A stretch of 64,000 nt of DNA, from positions 169,944-233,943 of the forward strand of contig JAZUQR010000027.1 in NCBI GenBank assembly GCA_045605805.1. Direction: 5' to 3'. Position 1 is the stretch's first letter. Every line of letters begins with the position of its first letter. The translations under genes and the position numbers were made by a program. The DNA comes from Alphaproteobacteria bacterium (lineage in GTDB: Bacteria; Pseudomonadota; Alphaproteobacteria; CAAHEQ01; UBA3637). The notes beneath the pieces are model-generated. The model did no database searches and had not been told where the DNA came from. It saw only the letters and a program-made list of their open reading frames with translations. Shown piece by piece: positions 11,374 to 19,834 of this stretch.

Positions 11374-12096
11374 CTAAACCACACCACCAAATCGTCTTTG
11401 ACGACGAGCAAAAGATTCCAAAGCCAAATCCAAATCCTGTTCATTAAAATCTGGCCAATAAATCGGGGTAAAATAAAGTTCAGCATAGGCAATTTCCCAT
11501 AACAAAAAATTGCTAACCCGTTGCTCACCACTTGTCCGAATCACTAAATCTGGATAAGGAAGGTCATGCGTAGACAAAGCCTCATTGATAATTTTTTCGT
11601 CAATAGCAGAAATCATATATTTTCTGTCCATCACATCCAAAGCAATCCGCTTGATGGCCGTAATGATATCATCCCGAGCCCCATATGAAAGAGCTAATAT
11701 CACATGAAAATCATGATATTCAGAAGTCTCTCTTTCTACTTCATTCATCCGATCCTGCATATCTTCTGGAAAACGAGTTCGGTCACCAATAAAAGAAACA
11801 CGCACCTTTTTCTTTTGAAGTTCCGCCACATCTTCTTTAAGGTATTTTCTAAATAAATCCATTAAAACTTTCACTTCCTCTTTTGGGCGTTTCCAATTTT
11901 CGGAAGAAAAAGCATATAAGGTCACATATTTGACCCCTCGTTCCTTGGCATGTTCCAAAATCACACGCACATTTTCGGCCCCTTTACGATGCCCTTCCGA
12001 ACGAGGTAAGCCCTGTTCCGAAGCCCAGCGACCGTTGCCATCCATAATAATAGCAATATGTTGAGGGATAGTATCAGATTCAACCACAGACGACAT
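11374..12096 (-). CDS. uppS: Undecaprenyl diphosphate synthase (cis-prenyltransferase)
   Basis: HIAIIMDGNGRW, YAFSSENWKRP, RTSGEQRVSNFLLW. Confidence 0.96.
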   Translation of the reverse strand: MSSVVESDTIPQHIAIIMDGNGRWASEQGLPRSEGHRKGAENVRVILEHAKERGVKYVTLYAFSSENWKRPKEEVKVLMDLFRKYLKEDVAELQKKKVRVSFIGDRTRFPEDMQDRMNEVERETSEYHDFHVILALSYGARDDIITAIKRIALDVMDRKYMISAIDEKIINEALSTHDLPYPDLVIRTSGEQRVSNFLLWEIAYAELYFTPIYWPDFNEQDLDLALESFARRQRRFGGVV

Positions 12097-12097
12097 T

Positions 12098-12652
12098 TTA
12101 CACTTGTTTAATTTCAGCTTCTTTATTTTTCAAATCTTCGTCCAATTTGGCAATCGTTTTGTCTGTCAAATCTTGCACTTCTTTTTCATGACGCTTGAAA
12201 TCATCTTCCGACAAAGAATCTTTAATCGCTTTCAAAGCATCCAAGGCCTCACGACGATAGTTGCGCACAGACACACGCACTTCTTCTGTAAAACGAGCAG
12301 CAATTTTTACCAATTCCAAACGTCTTTCTTCCGACAAGGGAGGAATCGGTAAACGAATCATTTGCCCATCATTCATGGGATTCAGCCCCAAATTGGCTTC
12401 TACAATGGCTTTTTCAACTGCTTTAATCAAGCCTTTATCCCAAACGGAAACGGTCAGCATGCGAGCTTCCGGCACGCTGACATTTCCCACTTGGTTCAAA
12501 GGAACCACAGAACCATAGGCTTCCACCATTAAACCATCCAACAAAGCTGTGGAAGCACGCCCCGTACGCAAACCGGAAAACTCTTTTTTCAAAGCCTCTT
12601 CCGCTTTGGCCATATTTGTTTGCATTTCAGATTTAATTACATCCCAAGTCAT
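12098..12652 (-). CDS. frr: Ribosome recycling factor
   Basis: GLRTGRAS...IPPLSEERR. Confidence 0.97.
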   Translation of the reverse strand: MTWDVIKSEMQTNMAKAEEALKKEFSGLRTGRASTALLDGLMVEAYGSVVPLNQVGNVSVPEARMLTVSVWDKGLIKAVEKAIVEANLGLNPMNDGQMIRLPIPPLSEERRLELVKIAARFTEEVRVSVRNYRREALDALKAIKDSLSEDDFKRHEKEVQDLTDKTIAKLDEDLKNKEAEIKQV

Positions 12653-12669
12653 GTGATTCCTTTCTTTAA

Positions 12670-13554
12670 TTAGCCATTCATTTGTGCAGCTACTTCTGCG
12701 GCAAAATCTTCTTGTTTTTTCTCAATACCTTCACCCAAAGCAAAGCGAGTAAAGCCAGTGACAGTCACACCAGCATCTGCCAACACTTCTTTAACCTTTT
12801 TATCTGGGTTCATCACAAAAGCCTGTTCTAACAACACAACTTCTTGATAGTATTTTTGCATACGACCTTCAACCATTTTTTCAATAATGGCTTCTGGTTT
12901 TCCGCTTGCCTTTGCTTGTTCGGCATAGATTTCCCGTTCATGGGCAGCTGTATCTGCATCCACATCATCCACGCTTAAAAACTTCGGAGAGGTAGCAGCA
13001 ATGTGCATAGCCACTTGTTTGGCCACTTCACCGGCATTAGCCCCATTGGCGGCAACCAACACACCGATTTTGCACAAATCATCACCCAAAGTTGTGTGCA
13101 TGTAAGGAACAACAGTTTCGCCTTCCAAAACAGCCACACGACGCAAGCTGATATTTTCACCGATTTTGGCAATCAAAGCCACCACATTGTCTTGCACAGA
13201 AGTACCATTCATATCTGTGGCTTTTAAGGCTTCCACATCATTAGAACCATTCAAAGCAACGGTTGTCACATCTTGCACAAACTTTTGGAAATCAGCATTT
13301 TTGGCGGCAAAGTCTGTTTCAATGTTCACTTCAACCAAAGCCCCTTTGTTGCCGGCTACTTTCACACCGACAGCGCCTTGATTAGCCACACGACCGGCCT
13401 TCTTTTCGGCCACAGACATACCTTTTTTACGCAAAAAGTCAATAGCAGCATCCAAATCACCATTTGTTTCCACCAATGCTTTTTTGCATTCCATCATGCC
13501 GGCGCCTGTTTTTTCACGCAGTTCACCAACGAGTTTTGCTGTAATTTCAGCCAT
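12670..13554 (-). CDS. tsf: Elongation factor Ts
   Basis: [30 protein letters not shown]. Confidence 0.98.
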   Translation of the reverse strand: MAEITAKLVGELREKTGAGMMECKKALVETNGDLDAAIDFLRKKGMSVAEKKAGRVANQGAVGVKVAGNKGALVEVNIETDFAAKNADFQKFVQDVTTVALNGSNDVEALKATDMNGTSVQDNVVALIAKIGENISLRRVAVLEGETVVPYMHTTLGDDLCKIGVLVAANGANAGEVAKQVAMHIAATSPKFLSVDDVDADTAAHEREIYAEQAKASGKPEAIIEKMVEGRMQKYYQEVVLLEQAFVMNPDKKVKEVLADAGVTVTGFTRFALGEGIEKKQEDFAAEVAAQMNG

Positions 13555-14322
13555 TTATTCCCCCTTTGTTTCTGTTTCTACAATTTCAGCCACTTCTTCG
13601 GCAGCGCCCACATCAACGCCAGCTGCTTTCAATTCGGCTTGAATACCATCCAAAGCCGCACCTGCCATTAAATTGCAGTATAAAGCAATGGCTTTGCCGG
13701 CATCATCATTACCAGGAATGGGATAAGTGATATCATCTGGGTTAGCATTGGAATCGCAAATAGCCACAACAGGAATACCCAATTTTTTGGCTTCTGCAAC
13801 AGCCAAACTTTCATGTGGCACATCAATCACAAACACAATGTCTGGACGACCGTTCATATCTTTAATACCACCGAAAGAGGCCATCAATTTTTCACGCTCA
13901 CGTTCAATGTTCAGCTTTTCTTTCTTTGTCAAACCTTCAAAAGCACCTTTTTCTTGCTTAGATTCAATTTCTTTCAAGCGTTTGATGCTGGAAGAAATGG
14001 TTTTCCAGTTTGTCAACATACCACCCAACCAACGTTGATTGACATAGAATTGGCCACAACGAGCAGCAGCATCAGCCACCAATTCACGAGCTTGTGCTTT
14101 TGTGCCGACAAACAAGATTTTACCACCTTTGGCAGCCACATCACGCACAGCCTCCATTGCCCGATACATCATCGGAACAGTTTGAGCCAAATCCATAATA
14201 TGAACACCTTCCCGTGTACCATAAATAAACGGAGCCATTTTTGGGTTCCATCTGCGGGCATTATGCCCAAAGTGAACACCAGCTTCAATCAGCTGACGCA
14301 TAGTAATTGTTGGAATAGACAT
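13555..14322 (-). CDS. rpsB: 30S ribosomal protein S2
   Basis: AGVHFGH...[21 protein letters not shown]. Start reassigned to ATG 14322 after AAAGGA. Confidence 0.98.
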   Translation of the reverse strand: MSIPTITMRQLIEAGVHFGHNARRWNPKMAPFIYGTREGVHIMDLAQTVPMMYRAMEAVRDVAAKGGKILFVGTKAQARELVADAAARCGQFYVNQRWLGGMLTNWKTISSSIKRLKEIESKQEKGAFEGLTKKEKLNIEREREKLMASFGGIKDMNGRPDIVFVIDVPHESLAVAEAKKLGIPVVAICDSNANPDDITYPIPGNDDAGKAIALYCNLMAGAALDGIQAELKAAGVDVGAAEEVAEIVETETKGE

Positions 14323-14567
14323 TTTTATAATCCTTTCTTTTTCCAGTTGATCCTCTGCAAGGCTTAAAATATGCTTAAAACTCATTTTTTAAGCACACCG
14401 GAAGCGAATTTTCGGAACACCCGAAATGCGCCTGCCCCGCATGTGTTTTGTCACTTCTTTATTGAAATAACACACAGAGTATATCAAATTTTTTTCAAAA
14501 AATCAAGAAAAAAATAAAACTTCTCCCCCTTCTGTTCAAAGAAAAGATGAAAAAACATAAAAAAGTG

Positions 14568-14615
14568 TTGCAAATCAAAAAAAAGTGTTTTATCATATGA
14601 GAACAAAACAAGAAC
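14568..14615 (+). promoter_or_regulatory. recA sigma70 promoter with alphaproteobacterial LexA box
   Basis: TTGCAA(14568)-17 bp-TATCAT(14591), then GAAC-aaaacaa-GAAC (14601-14615), matching the alphaproteobacterial GAAC-N7-GAAC SOS box. Confidence 0.8.
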
Positions 14616-14639
14616 AAAATTGATAAGGAGTTGAAAAAT

Positions 14640-15674
14640 ATGGAAAAAGATAAAGCATTAGAAGCGGCCGTGGCCCAAATTGAACGGGCATTTGGCAAAG
14701 GCTCAATCATGCGTTTGGGTCAACAAGATAACAGCGAAGAAATCCCCGCCATCTCAACCGGCTCATTGGGCTTGGATTTGGCACTTGGAATTGGTGGTCT
14801 CCCCAAAGGCCGTATCATAGAAGTCTATGGTCCGGAAAGTTCTGGTAAAACCACATTGGCCCTTCATGTAGTGGCTGAAGCCCAAAAGCAAGGGGGCGTC
14901 TGCGCATATATTGATGCGGAACACGCCATGGACCCAAGCTATGCCCGCAAATTGGGTGTGAACATTGACGACTTATTGATTTCGCAACCTGATACAGGGG
15001 AGCAAGCGTTGGAAATTGCCGACACATTGGTGCGCTCTGGCACATTATCTGTGTTGGTGGTAGACTCTGTGGCCGCCCTTGTACCAAAAGCCGAATTAGA
15101 AGGCGATATGGGCGATTCACACATGGGATTGCAAGCCCGCCTAATGAGCCAAGCTTTACGCAAACTCACAGCTTCTGTGGCCCGAGCCAATACATTGGTT
15201 ATTTTCATCAACCAAATCCGCATGAAAATTGGGGTAATGTTTGGTAATCCGGAAACAACAACAGGGGGCAACGCCTTAAAGTTTTATGCCTCTGTCCGCA
15301 TGGATATCCGTCGTATTGGTTCGGTCAAAGACCATGAAGATGTGATCGGCAACCAAACCCGGGTTAAGATTGTAAAAAACAAAGTGGCTCCTCCGTTCAA
15401 AACAGTTGATTTTGATATTTTATACGGCGAAGGCATCTCTAAACTGGGCGAATTGTTGGATTTAGGGGCCAAAACTGGTTTAGTGGAAAAAGCCGGCGCA
15501 TGGTTTTCGTATAAAGACGAACGCATCGGACAAGGGCGTGAAGCTGCCAAAAAATGGTTAAAAGAAAACCCCGAAAAAGCCGCAGAATTGGAAAAAGCCA
15601 TTCGGGACAATGCCAAAGACATTTCAAAAGAAATGATTGTTGGCGACCATGATGCGGCCACAGAAATAGAATAA
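14640..15674 (+). CDS. recA: Recombinase RecA
   Basis: [32 protein letters not shown] 14640 is 9 nt after AAGGAG. Confidence 0.99.
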   Translation: MEKDKALEAAVAQIERAFGKGSIMRLGQQDNSEEIPAISTGSLGLDLALGIGGLPKGRIIEVYGPESSGKTTLALHVVAEAQKQGGVCAYIDAEHAMDPSYARKLGVNIDDLLISQPDTGEQALEIADTLVRSGTLSVLVVDSVAALVPKAELEGDMGDSHMGLQARLMSQALRKLTASVARANTLVIFINQIRMKIGVMFGNPETTTGGNALKFYASVRMDIRRIGSVKDHEDVIGNQTRVKIVKNKVAPPFKTVDFDILYGEGISKLGELLDLGAKTGLVEKAGAWFSYKDERIGQGREAAKKWLKENPEKAAELEKAIRDNAKDISKEMIVGDHDAATEIE

Positions 15675-15693
15675 CTCCTCTGTGTCACATAAT

Positions 15694-15727
15694 AAAAACC
15701 GGATATGTTCTGTATCCGGTTTTTTTT
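15694..15727. terminator. Bidirectional intrinsic terminator after recA
   Basis: AAAAACCGGATATG-ttc-TGTATCCGGTTTTTTTT. Confidence 0.8.
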
Positions 15728-15744
15728 GAATATGTTTATAATGT

Positions 15745-16023
15745 TTATTCGCCTTTGGCAGCCTTCAAAGCCGTTAAAACATTGGTCGCAGCCGTCACTG
15801 ATTCTTGTGATAAACCAGACTTTTCCAACGCTAAATCCTTCAAACATTGAACTGAAACATTTTTGGCCAATGTTTTAATGTCTGTTGTAAATAAAGAACC
15901 ATCATTCAAAGCAGCATAGGCCTTTTGAGTTAAACAAGCATTCAAAGAAGTGCTGGATGTATCGGCATTTTGAACGCAGGCAGTTAAAATAAAAGAACAC
16001 ATAAAAATAAAGAGCTTTTTCAT
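15745..16023 (-). CDS. Small lipoprotein of unknown function
   Basis: MKKLFIFMCSFILTAC lipobox; AAAGGA SD before ATG 16023. Confidence 0.75.
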   Translation of the reverse strand: MKKLFIFMCSFILTACVQNADTSSTSLNACLTQKAYAALNDGSLFTTDIKTLAKNVSVQCLKDLALEKSGLSQESVTAATNVLTALKAAKGE

Positions 16024-16149
16024 AAAAATCCTTTCTGTCATTTGAAATATGTACACCATTATAGAAACATTTTGCAATTTTGTCAAATACCTTGACTTTT
16101 TAATCAATTTTTGATACAATCCCGAATAATTTCAATAAAGGAGAAGAAA

Positions 16150-17913
16150 ATGAAAATGACATATGATGAATTGCGCACATTGTGGTTGGATTTTTATAAA
16201 TCAAAGCAACACAGCGAAATCCCATCGGCCTCTCTGTTGCCGGAAAATGATGCCACAGTGTTGTTCACAACGGCAGGCATGCACCCATTGGTTCCCTATC
16301 TGATGGGAGAAAAACATCCGGCCGGCAATCGTTTAACCGACATTCAAAAATGCATCCGCACAAATGATATTGCCGAAGTGGGCGACCATTGTCATTTAAC
16401 ATTTTTTGAAATGATGGGCAACTGGTCATTGGGGGATTATTTCAAAAAAGAAATGATTGAATGGAGTTTTGAATTTTTAACTCAAAAATTGGGATTCAAG
16501 CCCGAACAATTGGCCGTCACCTGCTATAAAGGCGATGAAAACACCCCAAAAGACGAAGAAGCAGCCGCCATTTGGCACTCTTTGGGCTTAAAAGACAATC
16601 AGATTTTCTTTTTAGAAGATAACTGGTGGGGCTTGGCCGATGGGGGGCCATGCGGGCCGGATACGGAAATGTTCATTGACAACGGCAAACCAGCCTGTGG
16701 CCCAGCATGTAATCCATCTTGCAACTGTGGCAAATACACCGAAATTTGGAACGATGTATTTATGCAATACTTAAAGAAAAAAGACGGTACATTAGAACCG
16801 CTGTCTCAAAAGAATGTGGATACGGGAATGGGGTTGGAACGCACACTTGCTTTCTTAAATGGCGAAGGCGATGTATTTATGACAGAATTATTTGAAGAAT
16901 CTCGCTTGAAATTAGAAGAAATCAGCGGTAAAAAATATACTGATAATTTGGTGCCATTCCGCAAAGTGTTAGACCATTTACGCACAGCAGTGTTCATTTT
17001 GGGGGATGATAAAGGCATTCCACCAAGCAACACTGATCAAGGTTATGTTTTGCGGCGTCTTATCCGCATTGCCATCCGCAACTTAAAGAAATTGGATGTC
17101 ACCGATTTTGTTTTGGCCAAATTAGCGGAATCTGTTGTGAATAAATATAAAAAATACTATCCGGAATTGGAACGCAACAAAGCCTTTATTATGGCTGAAT
17201 TGGAAAAAGAAGAACAATTGTTCAACCGCACAATTACAGCCGGCTTAAAAGAAATGGATAAAGTTCTGAACCGTGTTCAAAACAACCTGATTGATGGACA
17301 AACCGCTTTTCATCTGTATGACACCTATGGCTTTCCATTAGAGTTCACCCAAGAAATTGCCGCAGAACATAATGTTCAAGTGGATGTGGAAGGGTTTAAC
17401 AAATGCTATGAAGCCCACCAAGAACTGTCCCGTAAAGGGGCCGAACAAAAGTTCAAAGGCGGCTTGGCTGACCATTCTGAAAAGTCTGCCCACTATCATA
17501 CCGCCACACACATCATGCACGCCATGTTGCGCCAAATGTTTGGGGAGACAGTGGCCCAAAAGGGAAGCAATATCACACCCGAAAGAATGCGCTTTGACTT
17601 TTCGTTTGACCGCAAGATGACCCCCGAAGAAGTGGCCGAATTGCAAGCCAAAGTCAATGCAGTCATTGAACAAAAGATTCCTGTTGTCTGTGAAGAAAAA
17701 ACATTGGATGAAGCCAAAGCCGAAGGGGCAATCGGGTTATTTGCCCATAAATATGATGCAGAAAAGGTAAAAGTCTATACCATCGGCACAGTATCCAAAG
17801 AAGTCTGTGGCGGGCCTCATGCCCAAAACACAGGCGATTTAGGACATTTTCGCATCTTAAAAGAAGAATCTTCTTCGGCCGGTGTCCGTCGCATCAAAGC
17901 AGTGTTAGAATAA
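16150..17913 (+). CDS. alaS: Alanine--tRNA ligase, short (587 aa) form lacking the C-Ala domain
   Basis: LFTTAGM, FFEMMGNWSLGDYFK, DTGMGLER, editing motifs HTATH and CGGPH. Ends at GVRRIKAVLE. Confidence 0.95.
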   Translation: MKMTYDELRTLWLDFYKSKQHSEIPSASLLPENDATVLFTTAGMHPLVPYLMGEKHPAGNRLTDIQKCIRTNDIAEVGDHCHLTFFEMMGNWSLGDYFKKEMIEWSFEFLTQKLGFKPEQLAVTCYKGDENTPKDEEAAAIWHSLGLKDNQIFFLEDNWWGLADGGPCGPDTEMFIDNGKPACGPACNPSCNCGKYTEIWNDVFMQYLKKKDGTLEPLSQKNVDTGMGLERTLAFLNGEGDVFMTELFEESRLKLEEISGKKYTDNLVPFRKVLDHLRTAVFILGDDKGIPPSNTDQGYVLRRLIRIAIRNLKKLDVTDFVLAKLAESVVNKYKKYYPELERNKAFIMAELEKEEQLFNRTITAGLKEMDKVLNRVQNNLIDGQTAFHLYDTYGFPLEFTQEIAAEHNVQVDVEGFNKCYEAHQELSRKGAEQKFKGGLADHSEKSAHYHTATHIMHAMLRQMFGETVAQKGSNITPERMRFDFSFDRKMTPEEVAELQAKVNAVIEQKIPVVCEEKTLDEAKAEGAIGLFAHKYDAEKVKVYTIGTVSKEVCGGPHAQNTGDLGHFRILKEESSSAGVRRIKAVLE

Positions 17914-17917
17914 ACCC

Positions 17918-17942
17918 AAAAGCCCCGTTCAAACGGGGCTTT
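17918..17942. terminator. Intrinsic terminator after alaS
   Basis: AAAAGCCCCGTT-ca-AACGGGGCTTT. Confidence 0.75.
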
Positions 17943-17961
17943 CATTTTGAAAAAGTATAAC

Positions 17962-18117
17962 CTATCTATCTTTCTTTTTGGAAAAATCCACATGGCGCAT
18001 ATAGCGGTGATGTTTAGCCTTCACAACATTTTCAAAAACAAGCGCACCACCTTTGTATAAACCAGAACCACCCAAGGCAATCAAAGCCCCAAGGAACATA
18101 ATTTGATTTAAGTTCAC
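17962..18117 (-). CDS. 51-aa small membrane-anchored protein (not in ORF track)
   Basis: GTG start overlaps the upstream TAG (TAGTG) with an AGAGGA SD. MNLNQIMFLGALIALGGSGLYKGGALVFENVVKAKHHRYMRHVDFSKKKDR*. Confidence 0.5.
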   Translation of the reverse strand: MNLNQIMFLGALIALGGSGLYKGGALVFENVVKAKHHRYMRHVDFSKKKDR

Positions 18118-18773
18118 TATCTTCCTCTATGATGTTTTTGTGCCTGGTATACACATTGGGCTTTATCTGCTTCTGCCTGACGCTTGTGAATATCTGTAAG
18201 AAGACCCTTCAAATACGCTTCTCGTTGAAAAGGCAATTTATTATGGTTCTTTTTTCTAAATTGTGCATCTTCCTTCCAAATCGTTTCCATTGTTTCAGCA
18301 ATTTTCAGATGCCTCTGTTTTTGCGCCAAATGTACATTCGCAACGCCTTCGTTTTCGGCATTATACATTGCTGCATTGGCACATTGGATGCGAGATATTA
18401 ATGAATCTTTCACCCAATCACGGCCATAATTTTGAGTCCCTTCTATATACGTTCTCAAATCATTCAAATAGTCTTTATAACACTTCACTTGCATCTCATT
18501 ACAAAAAACAGCCTTTTTGCGAATATCCCATAAAGTGCTGGATTCATTAATTGGTAATTGCCAACCAGCCTCTTCACCATAATTGTAAATACGTTCTGCT
18601 ATAATCTGTCGCTTTGCTTCTTCCTTGCGTTCAGCGGCCCTCCCTTTGCCGACTGCACAGACACCACCGGCAACAATAGAACTAAGAGCAACAGTCAAAC
18701 CAACCGTTTTCAGTTTGGCAATTGTTTGTTTCTTTTTAAGTTTTGCATGATCTACCGCTGTTCCAAAAGGCAT
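18117..18773 (-). CDS. Hypothetical protein with N-terminal TM anchor and basic C-terminus
   Basis: AGGAGG SD, TM segment VGLTVALSSIVAGGVCAVG, own consensus promoter. Confidence 0.75.
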   Translation of the reverse strand: MPFGTAVDHAKLKKKQTIAKLKTVGLTVALSSIVAGGVCAVGKGRAAERKEEAKRQIIAERIYNYGEEAGWQLPINESSTLWDIRKKAVFCNEMQVKCYKDYLNDLRTYIEGTQNYGRDWVKDSLISRIQCANAAMYNAENEGVANVHLAQKQRHLKIAETMETIWKEDAQFRKKNHNKLPFQREAYLKGLLTDIHKRQAEADKAQCVYQAQKHHRGR

Positions 18774-18811
18774 ATTTTGTTCCTCCTGTTAAAAATTGCA
18801 TCTGTAGATAA

Positions 18812-18840
18812 ATTATACCATAAAACAAAATTTTTGTCAA
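18812..18840 (-). promoter_or_regulatory. Consensus sigma70 promoter for 18117-18773
   Basis: TTGACA-17 bp-TATAAT with extended TG on the minus strand. Confidence 0.8.
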
Positions 18841-18864
18841 TTTTAGCCCTTTTTGAAAAGTAAA

Positions 18865-18900
18865 TAAAAGAAAAACAACCTATGTATTTCAATAGGTTAT
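18865..18900 (-). terminator. Putative original tRNA-Ser terminator, now distal to the cassettes
   Basis: Minus strand: CCGCCA-ctttcaaa-ATAACCTAT-tgaaatac-ATAGGTTGT-TTTTCTTTT, directly after the last core copy. Confidence 0.55.
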
Positions 18901-18908
18901 TTTGAAAG

Positions 18909-18936
18909 TGGCGGGCAATGCTGTGCATAATGGGAA
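18909..18936. repeat. 28-bp direct repeat B, copy 1 (core + short arm)
   Basis: TGGCGGGCAATGCTGTGCATAATGGGAA, identical to 19770-19797. Confidence 0.95.
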
Positions 18937-18937
18937 C

Positions 18938-19539
18938 TCATTTAATTGTCTGATTTTTCGTATTCTCAATATTTTTATTTACTTTATAGATATAGTATGT
19001 ATCATATTTGGAACCTAAGGAAAACTCCTTTTTTGGTTCCATATCTGGAATTGGAAACCGATTGACATAAAGAAGGGTACTTTTTTTTGCTTCTGTTTGA
19101 CATTTAGTGCTGATTTTTTTCATTAAGTGGGATAATAAAAATAAAAATATAATATCAGCTTTGGATATATCTGCGTTAAAGAAATTTTGACGATAAAACT
19201 CGATATTTTTCATTTTTCTGGCTCTAAATCTACTAACTAAATAGGGAACCACCCATATTCAATTCCAATAAACTTGTGCTGTGGAAATTGTTGCGCCAAG
19301 GGTAAAAGTAAGGTACCCCAACCGCTTCCCAAATCCATTATGGTTTGATTTTTTCTTTTCTCTAAAAGTTGAGCAACATTTTTTAACATAGCCCTTTTAA
19401 CTTTTCCACTTGATGGAACAGGTGGTGCATTGCGCATAAAACTGGAATTAAAAGCAAAATAGATGGTTATTATTCCCACACAGAATATAACTAACATTAA
19501 TAAAGTTTGCAATAACACCAACAAATAAATAAGAACCAT
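18938..19539 (-). pseudogene. Membrane-anchored class I SAM-dependent methyltransferase, frameshifted
   Basis: Two overlapping ORFs join into PPVPS...MDLGSGWG...GIE...NFFNADISKADIIFLFL. One base is missing near 19244-19246 (TTC CCT ATT TAG versus TTC CCN TAT TTA). Confidence 0.75.
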
Positions 19540-19580
19540 ATATCCTTATCCTTCCGTGTTAATTTATAAAATTTTTTACT

Positions 19581-19775
19581 AAAATGTTCGAATGTCGGTA
19601 AGGGTTCCAAACAGCGTTAAAAATGTGAAATGTAATAAATTCAAGCGCTTACTGCGTTATCGGTTCGATTGTTGAAAAAGTATGTGCTTTTTGACCAAAC
19701 AACATTTGAACCAGCTTAACATATTGAAAACAAAAGAAAAAGTCGCTATTTTAAGCGACTTGTTCACTTTGGCGG
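19581..19775. repeat. ~195-bp imperfect direct repeat A, copy 1 (long arm)
   Basis: Aligns end to end with 21820-22015 (roughly 80% identity by eye), from AAAATGTTCGA to CGACTTGTTCACTTTGGCGG. Confidence 0.95.
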
Positions 19776-19797
19776 GCAATGCTGTGCATAATGGGAA
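19770..19797. repeat. 28-bp direct repeat B, copy 2
   Basis: Identical to 18909-18936; similarity continues as gggaa[c/g]tcat[t/c]ta. Confidence 0.95.
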
Positions 19798-19834
19798 GTC
19801 ATCTAGAGCATTTTGATACATAAAAGGTCTTAAC

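Larger units (their letters stand above)
18909..19775 (-). mobile_element. tRNA-Ser-associated non-autonomous cassette 2 (861-bp unit) carrying a methyltransferase gene
   Basis: Bounded by TGGCGG cores at 18909 and 19770. Long arm 19581-19775, short arm 18915-18936. No recombinase. Confidence 0.75.

Noticed and set aside
17990-18020. A third cassette boundary enclosing the 218-aa gene
   Set aside because: TGGCGCATATAGCGGTG matches repeat B at only about half of positions, lacks the full core, and no arm A precedes the gene.
18920-18947. dif/Xer site in repeat B (GCTGTGCATAA resembles a XerC arm)
   Set aside because: No XerD arm (TTATGTTAAAT-like) follows the 6-bp spacer in either copy, and the locus is near the origin rather than the terminus.
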